NCBI GenBank assembly: GCA_017450025.1
Contig: JAFSYJ010000040.1
Coordinates: forward strand, 15,224-79,223
Source: Clostridia bacterium
GTDB lineage: Bacteria; Bacillota; Clostridia; UMGS1883; UMGS1540
Length of the DNA: 64,000 nucleotides
Direction: 5' to 3'
Numbering within the stretch: position 1 is the stretch's first letter; every line of letters starts with the position of its first letter. The position numbers and the translations under genes were made by a program. This document shows positions 19,439-28,208 of this stretch, piece after piece. The notes beneath the pieces were generated by a model. The model made no database searches. It had not been told where the DNA came from and saw only the letters and a list, made by a program, of their open reading frames with translations.

Positions 19439-19893
19439 AGACTTTCCTTTGCAAGTCTGACATATTCAAGCGCGTTGGCTGTGTTGGATTGAATTTCTTC
19501 GTCGCGCAGTTCTCTTTTGACCTTTGCGGGGCTGCCGAGTGCCATCATGCCGTCGGGAACGACCGTTCCACCCGTAACAAGCGCACCTGCGCCAATAATG
19601 CAGTTGTCGCCTATTACCGCTCCGTTTAAAATTATTGCGCCCATGCCTATAAGCGTGTTGTTGCCTATCGTACAGCCGTGAATGATCGCGCCGTGACCAA
19701 CAGTTACATTGTCACCTATTTTAACGCCATAATCCGTGTCAACATGAACAACAGCCTGTTCCTGAACATTACTGCCTTTGCCTATTGCTATCGGCGCAAG
19801 ATCACCGCGTATAACGGCCATGTGCCATACCGAAGAATCTTCGCCTATTTTGACATTGCCTGTCACAACGGCATTTTTTGAAATGTAACTCAT
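19435..19893 (-). CDS. Gamma carbonic anhydrase-family protein
   Basis: Hexapeptide repeats; RGD, SNVQE, VH and GHGAIIHGC His ligands. Confidence 0.9.
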   Translation of the reverse strand: MSYISKNAVVTGNVKIGEDSSVWHMAVIRGDLAPIAIGKGSNVQEQAVVHVDTDYGVKIGDNVTVGHGAIIHGCTIGNNTLIGMGAIILNGAVIGDNCIIGAGALVTGGTVVPDGMMALGSPAKVKRELRDEEIQSNTANALEYVRLAKESL

Positions 19894-21587
19894 TTTACTT
19901 CTCCACGCTCCATTTCAACATGGCGTTTTATTTTTTGAGTGGTTGTCTTTGCAAACTCCTCGTGCCTTATAATTACCTTGTTTATTCTCTTGTAAAGCTG
20001 GAGCTGATGATTTACCTTAAGGGCTTCTTCGTCCAAAAGCTCCTGAATCTTCTCAACAGAAGGTGTTTTGCCGAGTACGGCTTCGATTTCGTCCATCTGC
20101 GGAATTACCTGAGCGATAACAAGCGTGTCGCCGTCTTCGGAGTCTTGTCCGTAAACCATACATTCCGCAATATACGGACTTCTGCAAAGTCTTGTTTCAA
20201 GCTCCTCGGGGAATATATTTTTGCCGTTTTTGGTAACGATTACATTCTTTTTGCGCCCAGTGATATACACAAAGCTGTCCTTGTCCATATATCCCAAATC
20301 ACCTGTGTAGAACCAGCCGTCTTTGATTACCGCCTTTGTGGCTTCTTCGTTATTGTAATAGCCGAGCATTACATTGCCGCCCTTAATTAAAATTTCGCCT
20401 ATGCCGTCTTCGTCAGGGTTGTCGATTTTAATTTCAACACCGGGCAGCGGAAGTCCTGCGGATTCAAACTTGAAATAAATAAAGCGGTTCAGAGCGCCTA
20501 TCGGGGCACATTCCGTAAGTCCATATCCCTGCACGACATCTATTCCGAGGTCGGACAGCCCCTTTGCGATTTCGGGGTCGATACCTGCCGCACCCGATAC
20601 AAGTCTTGTCAGCTTGCCTCCGAACTCCTTATGTATATCAGAAAAGATTTTGCGTCTTTTGTCTATTCCGAACTTTCTCAAAAAGTTACTGATTTTTATA
20701 CCCTTTGCGAGCTTATCCGCTCTGTTTGTTTTTTTAGCCTGATTCCATATTTTACGGTAGATATTTTCAGCCAGAAGCGGCACGCACAAAATAAGCGTTG
20801 CTTTGGCTTCTTTGATATTTTTTGCGATATATCTCAAGCCCTCGCAATACGCAACGGTGCAGCCCCTATAAATAGCAGCGAGAAATCCGCAGGTACACTC
20901 GTATGTATGGTGCAGCGGAAGTATAGACAGCATTGTGTCATTTATATCGACATTTATCATCGAACACATTGCCATAAGATTAATGCAAATATTACTGTGC
21001 GAAAGCATAACAGCCTTTGCCGATGAAGTCGTACCCGAAGTAAAAAGCAGAATGCTCATCTTTTCGGCATCGATTTTGGCATCGAGAAATTCCCTGTTTC
21101 CCTTTTCGATAAGCTCATTTCCCTTTTTAATAAGCTCTTTTAAATCTGTTTCCATATTGATTTTGTGATTTATTTTAACAGATTCTACAATTTTGGCATT
21201 TTTGGGCGAATATATAATTGCCTCAAGGTCAGCTATTTCAATAAGTGGGCGCACCTCATCTTCGGGGAGCTCCTTATCAAGCGGAACGACAACGCCTGTT
21301 CCGCACACGACTGCCATATACGCAACCGCCCATTCGTATCGGTTCTCACCAATAACGGCAATCCTTTTATCCTTTAGTCCAAGGTCAATAAGTGCCGTTC
21401 CGAGCGCGTCGACATCACGCTTGAATTGTGAATATGTAATCGGCATATACTGTCCGTCACACTTCATCAAAAATGCTGTTTTTTCGTTAAATGTTTTTGC
21501 TGACTGTTCCAGCATATCTTTTAAATCTGTTATCTTTTTTACTTCGTAAAGAGGTTTTTTGTAAATACTTTTCATATATACCCCCAA
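19890..21587 (-). CDS. Long-chain acyl-CoA synthetase (AMP-binding)
   Basis: FTSGTTS, QGYGLTE, TGDLG and GKNIFPEELE motifs. Confidence 0.88.
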   Translation of the reverse strand: MGVYMKSIYKKPLYEVKKITDLKDMLEQSAKTFNEKTAFLMKCDGQYMPITYSQFKRDVDALGTALIDLGLKDKRIAVIGENRYEWAVAYMAVVCGTGVVVPLDKELPEDEVRPLIEIADLEAIIYSPKNAKIVESVKINHKINMETDLKELIKKGNELIEKGNREFLDAKIDAEKMSILLFTSGTTSSAKAVMLSHSNICINLMAMCSMINVDINDTMLSILPLHHTYECTCGFLAAIYRGCTVAYCEGLRYIAKNIKEAKATLILCVPLLAENIYRKIWNQAKKTNRADKLAKGIKISNFLRKFGIDKRRKIFSDIHKEFGGKLTRLVSGAAGIDPEIAKGLSDLGIDVVQGYGLTECAPIGALNRFIYFKFESAGLPLPGVEIKIDNPDEDGIGEILIKGGNVMLGYYNNEEATKAVIKDGWFYTGDLGYMDKDSFVYITGRKKNVIVTKNGKNIFPEELETRLCRSPYIAECMVYGQDSEDGDTLVIAQVIPQMDEIEAVLGKTPSVEKIQELLDEEALKVNHQLQLYKRINKVIIRHEEFAKTTTQKIKRHVEMERGEVK

Positions 21588-21659
21588 GTTGAGCAGGCGT
21601 TTGCCTGCATTATATTTTTTTATATTTTAACACACTTTAATCAAAAAGTCAAATATTGA

Positions 21660-21688
21660 GAATAAAAAAACATCCGTATGGAAATAAT
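21660..21688 (+). promoter_or_regulatory. sigma-F/G-type promoter for sigG
   Basis: GAATA-15 nt-GGAAATAAT, matching the B. subtilis sigma-F consensus GYATA-N15-GGnnAnAHT. Confidence 0.6.
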
Positions 21689-21739
21689 TAAATACACACG
21701 CCGCTTTACATAACTATCAAGAATACGGAGGGCTTTTTT

Positions 21740-22513
21740 GTGGCTATAAACAAAGTAGACATTTGCGGCGTGAACACATCTAAACTACCGCTCCTGAGCG
21801 AAGCGGAAAAGACGGAACTTCTCACCAAAATAAAAGCGGGCGACAAAAAAGCGCGCGAGACATTCATAAGCGGAAATCTCCGCCTTGTTCTGAGCGTAAT
21901 CCAGCGTTTTTCAAACCGCGGAGAATATGTTGACGATTTGTTTCAGGTCGGCTGTATAGGACTTATCAAGGCAATAGACAACTTTGACCTCTCCCACGGC
22001 GTAAAATTCTCCACATACGCCGTCCCTATGATAATTGGTGAGATACGGCGCTACCTGCGCGATAACAACACCATTAGGGTAAGCCGATCTCTGCGCGATA
22101 TAGCATACAAAGCGCTGACTGTCAAAGAAAAGCTGACAAACGAAAGACAATCAGAGCCGACTGTCGATGAAATCGCGAAAAAGCTCGATTTGCCAAAAGA
22201 AGATGTCGTTATGGCACTTGACGCAATTTTAGACCCCATCTCACTTTTTGAACCTGTGTATCACGACGGTGCCGATGCGATTTTTGTAATGGATCAGGTA
22301 CGTGATGACAAAAACTCAGATGACGCATGGCTTGAAGAAATCGCCCTCCGTGAAGCTATGAAGCGCCTGTCGGACCGCGAAAAGCTTATTTTGAGTCTGC
22401 GCTTTTTTGCAGGCAAAACGCAAATGGAAGTTGCGGACGAAATAGGAATATCGCAAGCTCAGGTGTCACGCCTTGAAAAAAGTGCGCTGTCACATATGAA
22501 AAAATATGTATAA
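21740..22513 (+). CDS. sigG: Sporulation sigma factor SigG
   Basis: NKVDICGVNTSKLP N-terminus, GTG start, GISQAQVSRLEK. Confidence 0.95.
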   Translation: MAINKVDICGVNTSKLPLLSEAEKTELLTKIKAGDKKARETFISGNLRLVLSVIQRFSNRGEYVDDLFQVGCIGLIKAIDNFDLSHGVKFSTYAVPMIIGEIRRYLRDNNTIRVSRSLRDIAYKALTVKEKLTNERQSEPTVDEIAKKLDLPKEDVVMALDAILDPISLFEPVYHDGADAIFVMDQVRDDKNSDDAWLEEIALREAMKRLSDREKLILSLRFFAGKTQMEVADEIGISQAQVSRLEKSALSHMKKYV

Positions 22514-22621
22514 TGTTGACAAAATCCTCCGTTACCGTTATAATGGTAGCGGAGTTTTTTATTTTAAATATATATTTTATTTACTGTTGTGCCGACGCAG
22601 AGCGGCGGAATGGAGAATTAT

Positions 22622-23719
22622 ATGATAAACATTCTATACCTTATAAATCACGCAGGAAAAGCGGGCACAGAAAAATATGTATACAATCTCGTTAAAAAGT
22701 TCAACGGCAGGGAAACAAACTGCTTTTTTGCGTATAACGAGCCCGGCCTTTTGTCCGAACAAATGGCGGAGCTAAAAGTGCCTTCATTCAATATCAGTAT
22801 GAAGAATCCGTTTGACCTTGCGGCGGCAAAAAAGCTTGCCGCAATCTGCCGCAAAAATAAAATAGATGTTATTCACACGCAATACCCGCGCGAAAATTAT
22901 ATCGCTATTTTATCAAAGCTTTTCGGCAGTCGCGCAAAGGTAGTTTACACCTGTCATCTTACATATTATCCTCCAAAGATTTGGTATTTTATAAACAGGC
23001 TTGTAATGCCGTTTGACGATAAAATTATATCGGTGTGTACCGAAGGCGCAAAAATCCTTTGTGAAATAGGCGCTCCAAGCAAAAAAATCACTGTTATTTA
23101 TAACGGCATAGACTACCCCACAGACCCTTGCAAAACGGACTACATAAAAAAAGAGCTTGGGCTGTCTGACGATACATTTGTCATAGTATCGCTCTCGCGC
23201 CTGAGTCCCGAAAAGGGTCTTGACTTTCTGATAAAATCAATGCGCGAACTCAAAAATAAGACTGACATTCCTTTTGTATGTCTCATCGCAGGTGACGGGC
23301 CTTTAAAAGATGACCTTATCACTCTTGTCAAGTCTCTTGATGCTGAAAGCTATGTCCGCCTGCTCGGTTTCCGCTTGGATTCTGCAAAAATTTTAGAAAG
23401 CAGCGATGTGTTTGTAAACAGCGCAAAGTGCAACGAGGCTCTCAGCTTTGCTATTTTAGAAGCCATGGGATATGCGCTGCCCATAGTTGCCACGGACCGC
23501 GGCGGTAATCCTGATATTTTAAAACCTGAACACAACTGCGGAATTATGATACCGTTTGACGATGCCGCATCTATGAGCGACGCTTTTCTCCAGCTTATGA
23601 ACGACAAGTCCTTTGCAAAAGTATGCTCTGACGGTGCGCTTAAAACAGTAAGAGAAGTTTTTAACCTCGATAAATTGCTCGGCGATACATTAAATATATA
23701 TCACCAAGCATTATTATAA
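22622..23719 (+). CDS. GT4-family glycosyltransferase
   Basis: AGTEKY, SRLSPEKG, EALSFAILEAM (EX7E) motifs; GGAG RBS before ATG 22622. Confidence 0.85.
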   Translation: MINILYLINHAGKAGTEKYVYNLVKKFNGRETNCFFAYNEPGLLSEQMAELKVPSFNISMKNPFDLAAAKKLAAICRKNKIDVIHTQYPRENYIAILSKLFGSRAKVVYTCHLTYYPPKIWYFINRLVMPFDDKIISVCTEGAKILCEIGAPSKKITVIYNGIDYPTDPCKTDYIKKELGLSDDTFVIVSLSRLSPEKGLDFLIKSMRELKNKTDIPFVCLIAGDGPLKDDLITLVKSLDAESYVRLLGFRLDSAKILESSDVFVNSAKCNEALSFAILEAMGYALPIVATDRGGNPDILKPEHNCGIMIPFDDAASMSDAFLQLMNDKSFAKVCSDGALKTVREVFNLDKLLGDTLNIYHQALL

Positions 23720-23762
23720 GGGAGTGATTTTTGGAATAATCTATAAAAAGCAATTTTAAACC

Positions 23763-23804
23763 GGTGAGTTCGAAACCATCCTCACTTAAAACAAAACTAA
23801 GGAG
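23763..23804 (+). ncRNA. PreQ1 class I riboswitch
   Basis: GGTGAG-TTCGAAACCATC-CTCACT stem-loop plus AAAACAAAACTAAGGAG tail overlapping the RBS of queT. Confidence 0.85.
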
Positions 23805-23813
23805 AATTTAAAA

Positions 23814-24302
23814 ATGAAAAAAACGCGTTTTATTACCCACGCGGCAATGATTGCTGCCTTGTATGTTGCCCTCACAGCTGTATCCAACGCATTTGGTCTT
23901 GCAAGCCGTGATATTCAGGTGCGTATTTCAGAGGCACTTACAATTTTACCGTTCTTTACGCCTGCTGCTATTCCCGGTCTGTTTTTGGGGTGTATTATCT
24001 CAAATTGGATTTTTACGGGAATGATATGGGATATTATTTTTGGCAGTATAGCAACGCTTATCGGTGCAGTCGGTACATATTTGCTGCGTAATAAGAAGCA
24101 CATATTTGCAGTAATTCCGCCAATATTATCAAATATGATAATTGTTCCGTTTGTCCTGCGTTATGCTTACGGAATACCGGGCTCGATTCCGTATTTTATG
24201 CTCACAGTCGGAGCAGGTGAAGTAATATCCTGCGGTATATTAGGATACATACTGCTTAAGGCTCTTGAAAGCCACAGAGATATTTTTTATTTAGAACCGT
24301 AA
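23814..24302 (+). CDS. queT: QueT queuosine-precursor transporter (ECF S component)
   Basis: AAMIAALYVALT, QVRISEALTILP motifs; preceded by a preQ1 riboswitch. Confidence 0.9.
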   Translation: MKKTRFITHAAMIAALYVALTAVSNAFGLASRDIQVRISEALTILPFFTPAAIPGLFLGCIISNWIFTGMIWDIIFGSIATLIGAVGTYLLRNKKHIFAVIPPILSNMIIVPFVLRYAYGIPGSIPYFMLTVGAGEVISCGILGYILLKALESHRDIFYLEP

Positions 24303-24329
24303 CACATTTCCTGAACAACGCATATGATA
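24301..24329 (+). promoter_or_regulatory. Mother-cell (sigma-K/E-type) promoter
   Basis: AACA-16 nt-CATATGATA upstream of the small ORF-spoVM pair. Confidence 0.55.
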
Positions 24330-24396
24330 TAAACAGAAGAAAAGTAACGGTAATATTGAAAATGTTATCAATTACTTAAAACGGGGGGGCGTCTTT

Positions 24397-24549
24397 ATGA
24401 TGTGCGGAAAAAGAAGAGCTATCGGCATTACTGTTTTGTCATTTGCGGTGGGCACGCTTTTGGCAGCCATTTTACCGCTGTGGATACTCGCTATTATAGA
24501 GGCGGCTGTACTTATTGTTTTGGGCTGGCTTCTGTTCAGCGGAAATTAA
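24397..24549 (+). CDS. Small hydrophobic membrane protein, 50 aa (not in ORF track)
   Basis: MMCGKRRAIGITVLSFAVGTLLAAILPLWILAIIEAAVLIVLGWLLFSGN; G-rich RBS; two hydrophobic stretches. Confidence 0.7.
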   Translation: MMCGKRRAIGITVLSFAVGTLLAAILPLWILAIIEAAVLIVLGWLLFSGN

Positions 24550-24569
24550 AAGCGAGGTGTTTAATAAGC

Positions 24570-24644
24570 GTGAAGATTAAAGTTGTAAAAGCGCCAAAAT
24601 TTTTGGGGAACATTTTAAAAAGCGTGTTCGGATTTAAGAAATAA
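24570..24644 (+). CDS. spoVM: Stage V sporulation protein SpoVM, 24 aa
   Basis: GAGGTG RBS, GTG start; MKIKVVKAPKFLGNILKSVFGFKK carries the PKFLG amphipathic-helix signature. Confidence 0.88.
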   Translation: MKIKVVKAPKFLGNILKSVFGFKK

Positions 24645-24658
24645 AACAAAACTGACAC

Positions 24659-24688
24659 AAAAACGCCCTCTTGCGAGGGCGTTTTTTT
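24659..24688. terminator. Bidirectional terminator
   Basis: AAAAACGCCCTC-TTGC-GAGGGCGTTTTTTT. Confidence 0.85.
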
Positions 24689-25886
24689 AAACTTCTTCAA
24701 AAAATGTATCCGGCCTTGTCTGGTCAAATTGTTCGTTTGCCCACATAACCGTCACAAGATTTTCGGTATCCGACAGGTTAATTATGTTGTGCGTATAACC
24801 CGGCAGCATATGAATAGCCTGTATTTTGTCACCGCTCACCTCAAATTCAATAACTTCGTCAGAGCCTATCCTGCGTTCCTGAATAAGTCCGTGTCCGGCA
24901 ACCACTATAAAGAATTCCCACTTTGAATTATGCCAATGCTGTCCCTTTGTGATACCCGGTTTTGAAATATTTATGCTGAACTGACCGCATTTTTCTGTTT
25001 TCAAAAGCTCCGTAAAGCTGCCTCGGTCGTCAATGTTCATTTTTAGCGGAAATATTGTTTTTTCCTTCGGCAGATACGAAAGGAATGTCGAATAAAGCTT
25101 TTTTGCAAGGCTGTTGTTCGGAATTTCAGGCATAACAAGCGTTTCAGGCTGTCTGTTGAATGTTTCAAGCAAATTAACTATCTCGCCAAGCGTGACCTTG
25201 TGCGTCACAGGCGCAAAACAGTACTTTCCGCTTGATTCCGGAACAGGCGTAAGTCCATCGTATTCGCAGCGGTGTTCCTTTCCCTCCAAAGCGTCAAGCA
25301 TTTCTTCGATCAAGTCGTCAATGTATAAAAGCTCCAGCTCTGTATCTCTGCTGTTTACGGTTATCGGCAAATCATTTGCAATGTTGTTGCAGAATGTCGC
25401 AACCGCGGAATTATAATTCGGTCTGCACCACTTGCCAAAAAGATTCGGAAATCTGTAAACAAGAACCTTTGTGCCGTTCTCTTTTGCGTAATCAAAAAAC
25501 AACTCCTCGCCTGCAAGCTTTGATTTTCCGTAATCAGATTCGCCGTAACGACCGATAAGCGTTGCCTGAATTGAGCTTGATAACATCACGGGAGCTTTGT
25601 TTCCGTGTTTTTTTAGTGTTTCAAGCAATGTCATTGCAAAGCCGCAATTTCCTTCGCGGAACTCTTTTGGGTCTTTTGGGCGGTTTACGCCTGCAAGATT
25701 GAATACAAAGTCTGCGTCGCTACAAAATCTGTCAAGCTCCTCGTATGAAGAATCAATATCGTATTCGTAAATTTGTTCTATCTGTATATTAGGGCGCGTG
25801 CGGTTTTTATTTTCTTTGATGTTATAAAGACTGCAAACAAGATTTTTCCCGACAAAGCCTTTTGCGCCTGTTATAAGTATTTTCAT
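24687..25886 (-). CDS. fnlB: FnlB/CapF/WbjC-type reductase with C-terminal cupin (UDP-L-FucNAc pathway)
   Basis: ITGAKGFVG, YGKSK, GKWCRPNYNS, GQHWH motifs. ATG overlaps the upstream TGA. Confidence 0.85.
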   Translation of the reverse strand: MKILITGAKGFVGKNLVCSLYNIKENKNRTRPNIQIEQIYEYDIDSSYEELDRFCSDADFVFNLAGVNRPKDPKEFREGNCGFAMTLLETLKKHGNKAPVMLSSSIQATLIGRYGESDYGKSKLAGEELFFDYAKENGTKVLVYRFPNLFGKWCRPNYNSAVATFCNNIANDLPITVNSRDTELELLYIDDLIEEMLDALEGKEHRCEYDGLTPVPESSGKYCFAPVTHKVTLGEIVNLLETFNRQPETLVMPEIPNNSLAKKLYSTFLSYLPKEKTIFPLKMNIDDRGSFTELLKTEKCGQFSINISKPGITKGQHWHNSKWEFFIVVAGHGLIQERRIGSDEVIEFEVSGDKIQAIHMLPGYTHNIINLSDTENLVTVMWANEQFDQTRPDTFFEEV

Positions 25887-27055
25887 CAGAATTTTCTCCA
25901 AACCATTTTATTTACAATACCCGTATATGACTGGATTATCTTAACTACCTTATCCGAAACATTCTCATCAACATAATCGGGAACGGGTATACCGTTATTT
26001 CCGTTTTTAACCATCATAACTGCCGTATCAACTGCCTGAAGCAAACTGTTTTCATCTATACCTGCAATAATAAAGCAGCCTTTGTCAAGCGCTTCGGGGC
26101 GTTCTGTTGAAGTCCTTATGCATACCGCAGGGAACGGATGTCCGACAGATGTAAAGAAGCTGCTTTCTTCGGGCAGCGTACCGGAGTCTGACACCACCGC
26201 AAAGGCATTCATTTGCAGGCAGTTGTAGTCGTGAAAGCCCAAAGGCTCGTGCTGTATAACGCGCGGATCGAGCTTAAAGCCCGTTGCCTCAAGCCGTTTT
26301 TTTGAACGCGGATGGCAGGAATACAAAATCGGCATATTGTACTTTTCCGCCATCTTATTTATTGCCGTAAACAGGCTCAAGAAGTTCTTTTCCGTGTCTA
26401 TATTTTCCTCGCGGTGTGCCGAAAGCAATATATATTCGCCTTTTTTAAGCCCAAGCCGCGCGTGAATATCACTGTTTTCAATTTTAGAAAGATTGTTATG
26501 TAAAACCTCGGCCATAGGCGAGCCTGTAACATAAGTGCGCTCCTTCGGCAAGCCGCAATCCGCCAGATAACGGCGCGCGTGTTCCGAATACGCGAGGTTG
26601 ACATCTGAAATTATATCAACGATCCTGCGGTTTGTTTCTTCGGGCAGACATTCGTCTTTGCACCTGTTACCTGCTTCCATATGAAAAATCGGTATATGTA
26701 GGCGCTTTGCGCCTATTACGGATAAGCACGAATTTGTATCGCCCAATACCAAAACGGCGTCAGGCTTTATCTCTTCCATCAGTTCATACGATTTTGCGAT
26801 GATGTTGCCCATTGTTTCGCCCAAATCCTTGCCGACGGCGTCTAAATATACTTCGGGTTCTTCAAGCTCCAAATCGCGGAAAAAAACTCCATTTAAGTTG
26901 TAGTCATAATTCTGCCCTGTATGTGCCAGAATTGTATCAAAATATGTACGGCACTTCTTTATGACCGCGGCAAGGCGGATTATCTCGGGGCGTGTTCCGA
27001 CTATTATAAGCAGCTTGAGCTTTCCGTTATTTTTAAAAGATACCATTTTTAACAT
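25886..27055 (-). CDS. fnlC: FnlC/CapG/WbjD-type UDP-sugar 2-epimerase
   Basis: GTRPEIIRL, HTGQNYD, GDTNS, EAGNR, PEETNR, SDSG motifs. Confidence 0.85.
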   Translation of the reverse strand: MLKMVSFKNNGKLKLLIIVGTRPEIIRLAAVIKKCRTYFDTILAHTGQNYDYNLNGVFFRDLELEEPEVYLDAVGKDLGETMGNIIAKSYELMEEIKPDAVLVLGDTNSCLSVIGAKRLHIPIFHMEAGNRCKDECLPEETNRRIVDIISDVNLAYSEHARRYLADCGLPKERTYVTGSPMAEVLHNNLSKIENSDIHARLGLKKGEYILLSAHREENIDTEKNFLSLFTAINKMAEKYNMPILYSCHPRSKKRLEATGFKLDPRVIQHEPLGFHDYNCLQMNAFAVVSDSGTLPEESSFFTSVGHPFPAVCIRTSTERPEALDKGCFIIAGIDENSLLQAVDTAVMMVKNGNNGIPVPDYVDENVSDKVVKIIQSYTGIVNKMVWRKF

Positions 27056-27073
27056 ATCCTTTCGTTTGAGTTT

Positions 27074-28108
27074 TTACTTCTCTAATTGAGCCTTTACATA
27101 GTCTGTTGTCAGGATTTTTTGCACCGTTCCGTCAACATCAAGGCGCTTTGTATTATGCGAAGTATAGCTTTCGTCTGCTTCTGTACGCACCTGACCTTTT
27201 ACAAAATATTTGTCATAGTTTAAGTCGCGGTTGTCTGCAGCAACGCGGTAATAATCGCCCATATCCTCAGAACGCAGTCTTTCTTCGCGCGTCATAAGTG
27301 TTTCGTATAACTTTTCACCGTGGCGTGTTCCGATAATGTTTGTTCCCGTATCTCCGAAAAGCTTCTGTACCGCTTTTGCAAGGTCGCCTATCGTGCTTGC
27401 GTCTGATTTTTGTATAAAAAGGTCGCCTGGGTTTGCGTGCTCAAACGCAAAACGCACAAGCTCAACCGCTTCGTCAAGATTCATCAAAAAGCGCGTCATT
27501 TCGGGATTTGTTATCGTGATAGGTTGTCCGCTTTTTATCTGGTCTATAAAGAGCGGTATAACCGAGCCGCGGCTGCACATAACATTACCGTAGCGCGTAC
27601 AGGATATAACCGTATTACTGCGCTCGGCGGCAACGCGTGCATTGGCATAGATAACATGCTCCATCATAGCTTTTGATATTCCCATAGCGTTGATCGGATA
27701 CGCCGCCTTATCTGTTGATAAGCACACTACGCGGCTTACGCCTGCGTCAACTGCGGCGTGAAGTACATTATCCGTACCCTCAACATTTGTTTTGACCGCC
27801 TGCATCGGAAAGAACTCACAAGACGGCACCTGCTTTAACGCCGCCGCGTGGAATATATAGTCAACGCCGGGCATTGCGTCGGCAACAGAACGCGGATCAC
27901 GCACATCGCCTATGTAGAACTTTACCTTTTTTGCATCATCAGGAAATTTAACCTGTAACTCGTGGCGCATATCGTCTTGCTTTTTCTCATCGCGTGAAAA
28001 TATGCGTATTTCACCTATATCTGACTTTAAAAAATGTTTGAGTACAGTGTTTCCAAAAGAGCCTGTACCGCCTGTTATCATTAGTGTTGCGCCGTTAAAT
28101 GAAGACAT
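27074..28108 (-). CDS. fnlA: FnlA/CapE/WbjB-type UDP-GlcNAc 4,6-dehydratase/epimerase
   Basis: TGGTGSFG, AALKQVPSCEFFP, STDKA, MGISK, RHGEKLYE motifs. Confidence 0.9.
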   Translation of the reverse strand: MSSFNGATLMITGGTGSFGNTVLKHFLKSDIGEIRIFSRDEKKQDDMRHELQVKFPDDAKKVKFYIGDVRDPRSVADAMPGVDYIFHAAALKQVPSCEFFPMQAVKTNVEGTDNVLHAAVDAGVSRVVCLSTDKAAYPINAMGISKAMMEHVIYANARVAAERSNTVISCTRYGNVMCSRGSVIPLFIDQIKSGQPITITNPEMTRFLMNLDEAVELVRFAFEHANPGDLFIQKSDASTIGDLAKAVQKLFGDTGTNIIGTRHGEKLYETLMTREERLRSEDMGDYYRVAADNRDLNYDKYFVKGQVRTEADESYTSHNTKRLDVDGTVQKILTTDYVKAQLEK

Positions 28109-28208
28109 AATTTTTCCTCCGTTTCTCGGAATGGTTATATATTATATAATACTATACAAATTGTGGAGTTGTCAAGGAAAACAAAAACTGTAAGCCATTT
28201 TGTGAATA

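Noticed and set aside
23718-23740. RBS followed by TTG GAA TAA after the GT4 gene, a possible remnant of a lost gene
   Set aside because: It is only two codons and cannot be distinguished from chance.
24383-24389. G7 tract as a phase-variation switch
   Set aside because: It is short and occupies the RBS position; G-rich RBSs occur at several other genes here.
24402-24644. 80-aa ORF from the track
   Set aside because: Only the last 24 codons (SpoVM, with its own RBS) look real; the upstream part overlaps a better ORF in another frame.
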